Shown: piece by piece, positions 15,174 to 26,362 of the stretch
Layout of the letters: each line of letters opens with the position of its first letter
Position numbering within the stretch: the stretch's first letter is position 1
DNA from: Schmidtea polychroa
Taxonomy: Eukaryota
Length of the DNA stretch: 64,000 nucleotides
Reading direction: 5' to 3'
Assembly: GCA_044892525.1 (NCBI GenBank)
Contig: CM097885.1
Coordinates: forward strand, 14,572,001 to 14,636,000
Position numbers and translations under genes: made by a program
The notes under the pieces: generated by a model
What the model was told of the DNA's origin: nothing
Seen by the model: the letters and a program-made list of their open reading frames with translations, nothing else
Database searches by the model: none

Positions 15174-15880
15174 TAACAAAAACTTTCGGCTTACAATTGA
15201 TTCAATTTTGTAATAAAAATTTATGACTAAAATTTAACAAAATTCAGTCATACTTTTTAATAATATGACTACCCAAAAAGTTAAATTTGATTAAATTGAA
15301 ATTGCTATTTAGCGGAAAAATTTATGCGTCATAGAGAAAATATTTTGAAACATTCATCTTTAATGATAATGGTGCTGGGCTAGAATGAATTTTCAATTTA
15401 TTTTGTTTTAATCTTACAATGAAGTGTCAACTAGGAAACTTACATAGCAAGCATAAAACAAAAAGTTAACAAAAATAATATAAAAAATTAATTGAAACAA
15501 AATAAACAACATAAGAGTAAAGTCACTAAAAACCAAATTAATAAAAAACAGAAAAAGTAAGAAGTAACAAATAATACACAAATTGGAAAAATAGAAAACC
15601 AAGATCAGTAATAAAGGGGGAACAAGAGTTACAAGCAATCAAGATCGAGAAAATAAAATGAAAACTTTAAAAAAGAAATCAAAAAATTTATACGCATATG
15701 AAAAAAGAACCAATCAAATAACGAGAATTAATATTTAAAAAAGAATTAAAAACTTTAAGAAATTAGCACACCTGCTCGATCCTGATTGGTTAAAAGCGCG
15801 ATTTTTTTTTAATTTTTAATTTTTAATTTTTATCTTTGTATGATTTGTTATTATGATGTGTGGTAAACGTTTCATAAAAT
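15174..15880 (+). repeat. Dispersed repeat, homologous to 33890-35300 and 36340-36410
   Basis: Shared strings taacaaaaactttcggcttacaattgatt, gggctagaatgaattt, gggggaacaagagttacaagcaatcaagatc and aaattagcacacctgctcgat. Confidence 0.85.
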
Positions 15881-16534
15881 TAAAAATCAGAAAAAGTAAA
15901 ACTAAGAAGGAAAATGTTAAATTAAAATTATTTCATGATTAAATTTTGTAAAATTAAAAGTGAAATTTAAATTTTTTGAAATATATTAGAATTAAAATGG
16001 TTTAAAATAAAAATGAATATTTTAATGTTAATTTTGAAATAAAATAATTTTTGTTAAAATTGCAATTCAAGTATGAATGTGGTATGTTTACGGTATGTTG
16101 ATATTGGTTGAAATTAAAATTTATATAAAGAAAATGTCGCAAGAATATTTGTTTATAAAAGCTGTTTTAAAAATGCAATGAAATATTATAGTAGGTAGTT
16201 AGTGGCCTACGGGAACAATAGGGGGGGGTAAAAATGTTGCAAACTTTTGATTGCATAACTTTTTCCGTAGACATTTTTTGATTACATAATTGTTGCTGTA
16301 ATGCCCAATGTATTCTGGGATTTTAAATACAAATTTTTTTTTTTTTTTTTTTTTTTTTTAATAAACAAGCCAAGGATAAATATTATTTGGGTGGGTCTCC
16401 TTGGTCCTGAGAATTTCAATAGAAAAAGGTAGTCTTCAATAAAAAAGCATGGATTTTTCACACTATAGAGAGGGGACCTTCTTGGTCATGAGAATTTCAA
16501 TAGAAAAGGTGGTTTACATTAAAAAACGCATAGT

Positions 16535-17170
16535 AAATTTTTAAAATAAAGCTAATTATGGTCCTAAAAAATTAAATTACAGTAAATGATGGGTCTAAAA
16601 ATTTAAGTAAATCAAGGTTCAGATTTATTTTTGAAATAAAGTAAATTATGGTCTAAATAAGTAAATTATGGGCTAAGATTTTTCAATTAAAGTAAATAAT
16701 GGTTCTAAAAAATTAAATTACAGTAAATTATGGTCCAAATTTTAAAATTAAAGTAAATTATGGTTCTTAAAAATTAAATTAAAGTAAATTATGGTCCTAA
16801 AAAATTAAATTACAGTAAATAATGGTCAAAAATTTTAAAATTAAAGTAAATTAAGGTTCTAAAATTTAAATTAAAGTTAATTAAGGTCCAAATTTTTAAA
16901 TTAAAGTAAATTAAAGTAAATAATGGTTCTAAAAAATTAAATTAAAGTAAATAATGGTCCTAAAAAATTAAATTACAGTAAATAATGGTCAAAAATTTTA
17001 AAATTAAAGTAAATTAAGGTTCTAAAATTTAAATTAAAGTTAATTAAGGTCCAAATTTTAAAATTAAATAATCAATGGTAAAAAAAATTTAAATTAAAGT
17101 TAAATAAGTAAATTAAAGTAATATTTTTTAAATAAGTAAATTAAAGTAATGTAATAAGTAAATTAAAGTA
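16535..17170. repeat. Subterminal ~30-bp tandem repeat array (aaattaaagtaaattatggtc...), mirrored at about 31190-31760
   Basis: Many imperfect copies of agtaaattatggtc/agtaaattaaggt at about 30-33 bp spacing. Confidence 0.85.
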
Positions 17171-17357
17171 AGATTTTTAAATTTATTAACAAAAATAGAA
17201 GGTGTTTGAGAATTGAAATTTTTTAATGGAAATTTTAATGAATTATTTTTTAAGTAATTTTTAATAGAAATTTTTATGAATAATTTTCAATGGAAATTTT
17301 TAATGGAAATTTTAATAGAATAATTTTTAAGATAATTTTTAATGAAAATTTTTATGA

Positions 17358-17395
<38 letters not shown>

Positions 17396-17582
17396 TAATA
17401 TTAATAATATATCAACCAAATACTATACAACACATAAAAAATTAACTAAACACATAAAAATAACTAGACACATAACAAAACATATAAACATTAACTAAAC
17501 ACATAAAAATGAACTAGACACATAACAAACATAAAAATTTACCAAATAACAAATGTAAAGATATAAAATTTATTCAATAAAA

Positions 17583-20500
17583 TTAGTCCTCATCGGACAA
17601 AATAACGTCATCGATATCGATGTCATCTTCTTCATTAAATTCTTCCTCATCTTCTCCATCATTTTCTCCATCATTTTCTTCCTCATCTTCTCCATCATTT
17701 TCTCCAACATTTTCTGAAACATTTTCTGCAACAATTTCTCCAACATTTTCTCCAATATTTAATTCACTTAATCTTACATGCCCATATGCAAGACTAGTAT
17801 TTTTCCCCACCCAAACCCTTTTGTCATCTTTGTTAGTTAGTGCTATTTTTGTGTTTTTAATTGTAAAAATTTGATGATTTTTGCTTGTTATTTTAGTCTG
17901 AGGAACCGAAAAAATCTGGTTAGTGTTATAACAATCGAGGTATGACTGATGTTTTATGTCACTACCTTTCAATGTTACACCTTTTTGCCTTTTTTGTTTC
18001 ATCATCACCCAACAAGCTATAACATTTAGGTCTAAGAAAAACCCACTCCTTATATTTAAGACCTTTATTCTCGTCTTTGAACTTTCCAATGACTGAATCA
18101 AGGTTCTTGCTATATAAGGAATGACAACTATTGTAATTGGAAGTATCCAATAAATTATCTCGAATCATTGCAGGTAAAAGAACCTCAAGTTTGCAGTTAA
18201 TGACTTCGAGGAAAAAAGAATCTGTATCACCAGCAACGATATTAATTTTACAATTAAACTCATTGCGAAATGATTCCAGATCCTTATATTGCAATTCATA
18301 CATTCTAAGTTTAGATAGATCAAGTACAGATTGACCAATGTAACTCGGTCTATCTAAACATATAGAATCTGAATTCAATAATGTTGCAATTAAATTATCT
18401 GCTATTTTAATAGATTTTTTAAAAGTCGGTTTTGACGAATATTTAACTAATTTACCGGCAGTTGTACAAAGACGAAGATTCATTCTTCTCTTTAAATTTT
18501 CAACTGTTTTGCCGTATAAACTGTTATTTAGCAATTTATAATAATTTTTATCTAAGTTATTTACGCTTTTTGATCTTAATTCGGTATTTGTATCTATATA
18601 TTTTTTAAAAATTGGTGATTGCTTAAATCTTACACCCCTATTTACACGTGTTACTTTAACACCAAGTTCCAAATATAATTTTAATAATCTCCAATGAATA
18701 ACATAATTAGATTTTGGAAGATGAGTTAATAATAATTTTTCAACCTTAGACCGAGCAGGTTTCATTTTTTCAGCAGCTACAGGGAAATCATCCAACTTAT
18801 CATGAAGCTCAGAAGGAATTACAAGATCAACTTCAAGTGTGTATCCATAAGACAAAGATTCAAGATTTAAATTCCTACATTCATCCATTATTTTATCAAA
18901 TCCATCAAGAACCCAACAAAATTCGCCACAAGGTAATGATTGACTTAAAGCCCACCCATAAAGATTATTAATATCTATATAAAGTAACTCGGTGTTCTCG
19001 TCGGTTTTTACGTAATGCTTATTCACAAAAGTAAGACCGCCTCTTATTCCACCCTCATAAAAGCTAAACATTTCGTTTTCAGTTATGAGTTCAATTGGTT
19101 CATTTAAAGATATTAATGCAGAAGACCAAGACATGCCTGGAATTCCGAAATAATTCAAAGGCTCTAATCTATTGTGAGCAATTGATTTCAACCTAAACTG
19201 ATGAAAGAAATCAGCCAAAAGAAAACAATCAAGTTTTAGGTAGATCATCATATAATCTAATAAAGTTCTGCAATTAGATTCTACCCAAATCTCCTGAGCT
19301 TTTTCATACTCAAGCTCAGTGACACCCTCCCAGATTGGTGGTAATTCATACGTAGTTTGTAGAACATCTAAAGAAGTGGCGAAATTATAAGGGAAGATTC
19401 CTTTTTCACTTACTATGGTGCCAGAAAAAGCAGAATTAGTAAAAGGCAAAGAATTCAAAGTTTTGACTGCTTTAGCCAAAGAATCATTGACAAATTGATA
19501 TGAATCAATGAATCTTATGCTAATTTTGCCTAAATGAGCAATCAAAGATATAAATTTTTCCGTAGTTATTGGGATGCACCCTAAATTCCAATTTTTAAAT
19601 TTATTTAATCCATATTTAAGTATATGATGCATATCGTATCCCTTCAAGTTGTGAAATACGATAGGCAAAATTTTATTTATTTTTCTATTTACGTTACATG
19701 TGCTACAAGCTGCACCCAAGTATTTGCCCGTAAAATGATCGTGATCTCTAACAGGATCCACGATAGATTTCAAACAAAGATAACAAACCGTTGAATTAAT
19801 GAATTGTTGTTGCTCAATTTTAGTTAATTTAATCATTGGTTTCCTACCCATTTTATAATAAAAAGGAAGAACCTTATTTAATGCTATATCCTCTATAGCA
19901 CTTAAAAAACTCTCGACGCAATCTAAACCTATAAACTGTTGATAGGATTTAGATCCGTCAAAGTTATTTACTAGTAAAAGACCAGCAGATATTGGCATGT
20001 GTCGCTGAAAATGATCATTATCACAAGGTAAAATAGCCTCAAAATCGGCATAAACTACGAAAGGAGGAGTTACTGTTTTCGACCAGTCAGTAAACTGTAA
20101 GAATTTATTTTGAGGGAAAGTATAAAGAGTTGTTCCTAATTGATTGCGTTTGCATAATATTTCATGTTTTTCTAGTGCGTTTCTATTATTAAACCCATTC
20201 AAACACCGATGGCACCATAATGAACGTATGCGTGTAGGACAACTAGTGTTTATGTGGCAATTCAGTAACCTATTTAAATTGCTTATAGCAATGTAATGGA
20301 AATTGTTCCCTTTATTTAATAATAGTAAATTAATTACTGTTCCATTTAAAACTTTGGAACGATGTATAATGTCTAAATGGGGGTGTTTTAAAACGTAATT
20401 ATCTATTAATTGTTTGTTATTGTCATAAGAAAAAACATTAATTATTAAACCAGGATTTTTGGCCTCGAATTTTCTAATATCTTTTAATTTCATGGGTAAG

Positions 20501-22001
20501 TCCAATGGATTATATATTAACTCAGATAAATTATAACTGGATGTTCTATTTCTATATTGTTTAATAACTTCATCATATTTTAAAATAGCTAAAATGCTAT
20601 ATAAAAAACATGAATCATCGGTGTTTTTTACATTAATTAAACAATATTTATTTTTTAGACAAGTAGGTAGTTCAATGAAACTCCTACCACTTAATCTACT
20701 TAGCCTACTTATCTTTGTTATGGTGAAGTGAATTTCTGTTATTTTTTTTATGATCCAGCTACTTCCTAACTCTGTGATATTACTTATTTTCTCGTTTAGT
20801 TCCCTAATGCCTTCGTCAAAAAATGAGGCAGTTAAAGGTTTTGCGTAATTCGAAATATTATTAACCTTTATTTCCCCATCTTTTTCAAATTCGATTGTTA
20901 TTCCGAATTGAATTTTGACGGAGCCTAATTCGTTAATAATATCTCGTAATTTTATAATTAATTGTTCAGGAAATATTATTTCCTTTATATTTAAGTCGCT
21001 AGTATTTAAACTTAATATTTGATGGGTACCCCTTAGATCTTTTTGTATTATGGGAACATTACCCCCTATTTGTATTATATTTAATCCATCCCAAGAATCA
21101 AAGGAATTGAATAATCCGACCTGGGATTCAACAAAAGGCAATCCGACCTGGGATTCAACAAAAGATAATCCGTCCTGGGATTCAACAACCAATCCATCAT
21201 TGGATTCAACAAAAGACAATCCAGCCTGGGATTCAACCTCTAATCCGACCTGGGATTCAAAAGAAGAAGTATCTAATTTAATTTTTTTATTTGTATTATT
21301 TTTTTCTATAGTTGATGGTCTTTTAAAAACACTATCTTTTTTAAAATTAAACCTATCTAAATGATGTTTATGTTTATTATAAAAAACGCTATATGTTACA
21401 GGGTCACTAGTCTTACATATGGGACATATAAAAAAAGTTTTATTATAATATTTTTTCGTGTAATAATTCTCCATTATAGAATGGCAATTATTATCATGTT
21501 CTTTCGATGAACAATAATTTGGGTAAAGTATACCTATAAAATAAAAATTTAATAAAAAAATATATATATATATATAATTTAAATGAAATATTTTAATAAA
21601 TGTTTACGCATAAATTTACAAATTTTATTTACTAAAAAAAATAAAAATTTACTAAATTAAAAATATTAACATTTAATTAAATAAAAAATTATATTAAATT
21701 TCCTTTAAATTATATAAAAAAGTAATCAATACTTACATTGTAAATTTTCATTTCGATTTATTGACACATTGACATAATTTTTCTCTTTATTCGTATTACC
21801 TAAATTATTAATTAATTAAATCAATTAATAAAAAATTATGTTTACTTTTTCTTTTCAAATTTCCTTTAATCTTCGATTTTAAATTGTCTTCATTAATATT
21901 ATCTAAATTAATTAATAAATTAATTAATAAATAAATTAAAATTTACCAAATTCCTGAATTTTTCCTCGAACATTCATAACGTTTTCTATTAAAGAATTCA
22001 T
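17583..22001 (-). CDS. Protein-primed family B DNA polymerase (pPolB), left-arm copy, with predicted spliced 5' exons and a C-terminal tail in the +1 frame
   Basis: The 1170-aa ORF 17962-21474 has Exo motifs YADFE, FHNLKGYD and YLKLD, polymerase motifs YIDINNLYG, KLLNNSLYGK and GDTDS, and an endonuclease VII-like insert (CYLC...DHDHFTG...CSTCN). Predicted upstream exons are 21947-22001, 21846-21902 and 21737-21799, with exon 4 starting at 21533. The tail (KGV...KIALTNKDDKR) lies in ORF 17583-18101. Confidence 0.9.
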
Positions 22002-22391
22002 TTTTAAAGGTTAACTATTTGTTAAATGTGACTAATAATTGATCATTGTTTATAGATTATTATTGTTTATAGGAACAAATTCTAACCAATCAAAATCAAG
22101 GAAGGGTAGGGAAAAATATATTACGTTGCGGTATTTTAAAATTAAAATTTATTTTAAAAACACATTTTGACGTTAAAGTCGAGTTATGTAACAAAGACAT
22201 AATAAACTTATTATTTACTACAAATATTTCACCTATCAAATACCTAACTAGAGATGCTATATATTGATTGTTCATAAAAGCAAACTTAATCATAAATTTC
22301 TGTATATTATTTTGTAAATTATTTCTGTAAATTAAATTTTGTATATTATTTCTGTAAATTATCAAGTAAATTTAAAGTTCTTGATAAGGTT

Positions 22392-23517
22392 AAATTAAGT
22401 AATCAATGGTCAAATATTTTAAATAAGTAAATTAAAGTAATAATTTTTAAATAAGTAATGTAATAAGCAAATTAAAGTAAGATTTTAAATTTATTAACAA
22501 AATAATAGAAGGTGTTTGAGAATTGAAATTTTTTAATGAAATTTTTATGGAATAATTTTTAAGATAATTTTTAATGAAAATTTTTATGAAATATTTTTCA
22601 ATGAAAATTTTAAATGAAAACTTTTATGAAATATTTTTCAATGACAATTTTAGAAAAAATTTTTTGAAATAATTTTAGATTGAAATTATGTAAATTAAGT
22701 GATACATTTTTAAATTAAAGTAATCAATGGTCTATATTTTAAACTTCTATATTCGGTAAACAAGGACTAAATTAAGTAAATAAAGGGTTAAATTAAAGAA
22801 AATTATGACTAAGTTAATTAGATTTAAAGAATAATTACCTTTTCATTTAACACTACAGTGTTAATTTTTACCATTTTAGAATAATATTTTTTATCAAAGT
22901 TCTTATCTTGATTTATTTAATTTTAATTGAATGTAATGACAAAATAGAGCGTGTTGTCTTCAATTTTAATGAATTAATTTGAAAGATTATTTAGATAAAT
23001 GTTGGTGTTTAAGGTATTCATTAGTAATTATTTTTTTAGAGTTGATGGTTTTTGTGAATTTTTATCATTTTCGTGAATATCATGTGGATTGAATGAATAT
23101 TTAAAAATTTTAAGTTAGTTCTAAATAAATTTAATTAATTTCTTGATAATTGGATGCATTTTAATGGATTGGTTTTTTTTTAAATAAAAATTATTTTTAA
23201 TGACAGTCAGGTTAATAATCATGTGATAGGATATAACTTTGTAATAATATTTTTTTTTCATATTTCTAAGAATTTCATGTTGATTTATTAAAAAATTTAA
23301 AGTTTTAATGATGATTTTAATTGAATTTCTTGATAATTTGTTAAATTTTAAATAAAAATTAATTTTTTTTTAAATGACTGTTATGTTAATAATTAAGTAA
23401 TTGGTTTAATTTTAGATGACTTTGTAATGCATTTGACTAAATATTTTTTTTTCAATAATTTTCTAAGAATATTTACACATTGATGAACTTTTTAAAAAAA
23501 ACATAAGCTAAGAAAAC
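22392..23517 (+). repeat. 1.13-kb direct repeat, copy 1 (spacer of element A)
   Basis: Near-identical to 24841-25968, from aaattaagtaatcaatggtc to aacataagctaagaaa. Confidence 0.92.
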
Positions 23518-23801
23518 AGTAGGTAGATAGTAGCCCACTGCAGCAATGACCCCCCACCCCGGGAGGGGGGTGGGGGGGGGGGGGTTCTGCTGCAACTTTT
23601 GATTGCGCAATTGTTGCAACTAGTTTTTTTTTGTTGTATTTTTTTTTTGTATTATTACGCAATTGTATTATTTTTTTTTCTAGAATTTTCAATACAAAAA
23701 AAAAACAAGTTGCAACAATTGCGCAATCAAATGTTGCAGCAAAAAAAAAGATGCAGCATAAAAAAAGGCTTGCATTTGCAGCGGGCTCCTATCTACCTAC
23801 T
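23518..23801. repeat. Internal 284-bp hairpin cassette with Polinton-like termini
   Basis: Outer stem AGTAGGTAGATAGTAGCCCACTGC...GCAGCGGGCTCCTATCTACCTACT. Inner stem gctgcaacttttgattgcgcaattgttgcaact...agttgcaacaattgcgcaatcaaatgttgcagc. Long G tract at 23561-23584. Confidence 0.88.
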
Positions 23802-23849
23802 ATAAACAGCGTCTGAGAAATGAAAATTTTTTCAATGACAATTTTACAT

Positions 23850-24840
23850 TAAAATTATGGTCTAAAATTTTCAATTAAGTAAATTATGGTCTAAAATTTT
23901 CAATTAAGTAAATTAAGGTCTAAAATTTTCAATTAAGTAAATTATGGTCTAAAATTTTCAATTAAGTAAATTAAGGTCTAAAATTTTAAATTAAAGTAAA
24001 TTATGGTATATATTTTTAAACTTAAGTAAATTAAAGATAAATAAGCAAATTAAGGTCTAAAATTTCCAATTAAGTAAATTAAGGTCTAAAATTTTAAATT
24101 AAAGTAAATTATGGTATATATTTTTAAACTTAAGTAAATTAAAGATAAATAAGCAAATTAAGGTCTAAAATTTCCAATTAAGTAAATTAAGGTCTAAAAT
24201 TTTCAATTAAGTAAATTATGGTCTAAAATTTTCAATTAAGTAAATTAAGGTCTAAAATTTTAAATTAAAGTAAATTATGGTATATATTTTTAAACTTAAG
24301 TAAATTAAAGATAAATAAGCAAATTAAGGTCTAAAATTTCCAATTAAGTAAATTAAGGTCTAAAATTTTCAAATAAGTAAATTATGGTCTAAAATTTTAC
24401 ATGAAATTATGGTCTAAAATTTTCAACTAAGTATATTATGGTCTAAAATTTTAAATTAAAGTAAATTAAAGATAAATAAGCAAATTAAGGTCTAAAATTT
24501 TCAATTAAGCAATTTAAGGTCTAAAATTTTCAAATAAGTAAATTATGGTCTAAAATTTTACATGAAATTAAGGTTTAAAATTTTCAATTGAGTTCTAAAA
24601 TAAAGTCTAAAATTTCAATTAAGTAAATTATGGTATATATTTTTAAACTTAAGTAAATTAAAGATAAATAAGCAAATTAAGGTCTAAAATTTCAATTAAG
24701 TAAATTATGGTCTAAAAATTTCAATTAAAGTAAATTAAGGTCCAAATTTGAATTAAAGTTAATTAAGGTTCAAAATTTAAAATTAAAGTAAATAAATGTT
24801 CTAAAAAATTAAATTAAAGTAAATTAAGGTCCAAATTTTT
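23850..24840. repeat. 29-bp tandem repeat array (aaattttcaattaagtaaattaaggtcta)
   Basis: Direct reading shows many units with some higher-order blocks; related to the subterminal arrays of the arms. Confidence 0.9.
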
Positions 24841-25968
24841 AAATTAAGTAATCAATGGTCAAATATTTTAAATAAGTAAATTAAAGTAATAATTTTTAAA
24901 TAAGTAATGTAATAAGCAAATTAAAGTAAGATTTTAAATTTATTAACAAAATAATAGAAGGTGTTTGAGAATTGAAATTTTTTAATGAAATTTTTATGGA
25001 ATAATTTTTAAGATAATTTTTAATGAAAATTTTTATGAAATATTTTTCAATGAAAATTTTAAATGAAAACTTTTATGAAATAATTTTCAATGACAATTTT
25101 AGAAAAAATTTTTTGAAATAATTTTAGATTGAAATTATGTAAATTAAGGGATACATTTTTAAATTAAAGTAATCAATGGTCTATATTTTAAACTTCTATA
25201 TTCGGTAAACAAGGACTAAATTAAGTAAATAAAGGGTTAAATTAAAGAAAATTATGACTAAGTTAATTAGATTTAAAGAATAATTACCTTTTCATTTAAC
25301 ACTACAGTGTTAATTTTTACCATTTTAGAATAATATTTTTTATCAAAGTTCTTATCTTGATTTATTTAATTTTAATTGAATGTAATGACAAAATAGAGCG
25401 TGTTGTCTTCAATTTTAATGAATTAATTTGAAAGATTATTTAGATAAATTTTGGTGTTTAAGGTATTCATTAGTAATTATTTTTTTAGAGTTGATGGTTT
25501 TTGTGAATTTTTATCATTTTCGTGAATATCATGTGGATTGAATGAATATTTAAAAATTTTAAGTTAGTTCTAAATAAATTTAATTAATTTCTTGATAATT
25601 GGATGCATTTTAATTGATTGGTTTTTTTTTTAAATAAAAATTATTTTTAATGACAGTCAGGTTAATAATCATGTGATAGGATATAACTTTGTAATAATAT
25701 TTTTTTTTCATATTTCTAAGAATTTCATGTTGATTTATTAAAAAATTTAAAGTTTTAATGATGATTTTAATTGAATTTCTTGATAATTTGTTAAATTTTA
25801 AATAAAAATTAATTTTTTTTTTAAATGACTGTTATGTTAATAATTAAGTAATTGGTTTAATTTTAGATGACTTTGTAATGCATTTGACTAAATATTTTTT
25901 TTTCAATAATTTTCTAAGAATATTTACACATTGATGAACTTTTTAAAAAAAACATAAGCTAAGAAACC
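24841..25968 (+). repeat. 1.13-kb direct repeat, copy 2
   Basis: Near-identical to 22392-23517; abuts the inner end of the right arm. Confidence 0.92.
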
Positions 25969-26269
25969 AGTTAACCTTATCAAGAACTTTAAATTTACTT
26001 GATAATTTACAGAAATAATATACAAAATTTAATTTACAGAAATAATTTACAAAATAATATACAGAAATTTATGATTAAGTTTGCTTTTATGAACAATCAA
26101 TATATAGCATCTCTAGTTAGGTATTTGATAGGTGAAATATTTGTAGTAAATAATAAGTTTATTATGTCTTTGTTACATAACTCGACTTTAACGTCAAAAT
26201 GTGTTTTTAAAATAAATTTTAATTTTAAAATACCGCAACGTAATATATTTTTCCCTACCCTTCCTTGAT

Positions 26270-26335
26270 TTTGATTGGTTAGAATTTGTTCCTATAAACA
26301 ATAATAATCTATAAACAATGATCAATTATTAGTCA
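26270..26335 (+). promoter_or_regulatory. Putative Pol II promoter of pPolB (mirrored at about 22029-22094)
   Basis: Reverse CCAAT (gattgg, about 26273), TATAAA at 26293 and 26310, and Inr-like ttagtc at about 26329, all just upstream of ATG 26363. The AT-rich context makes chance matches plausible. Confidence 0.4.
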
Positions 26336-26362
26336 CATTTAACAAATAGTTAACCTTTAAAA

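Larger units (their letters stand above)
16190..22393. repeat. Left inverted arm of element A (6.2 kb)
   Basis: Reverse complement of 25971-32110. Mirror coordinates sum to 48364 throughout the coding region (e.g. 21474/26890, 22393/25971). Confidence 0.95.

Noticed and set aside
23850..24840. Regular ~29-bp repeats as a CRISPR array
   Set aside because: Units are contiguous with no unique spacers, there are no cas genes, and the context is eukaryotic.
25999..26268. 89-aa ORF in both arms (mirror 22096-22365)
   Set aside because: Non-ATG start, built partly from a short tandem repeat, no motif; its duplication simply follows the arm duplication.
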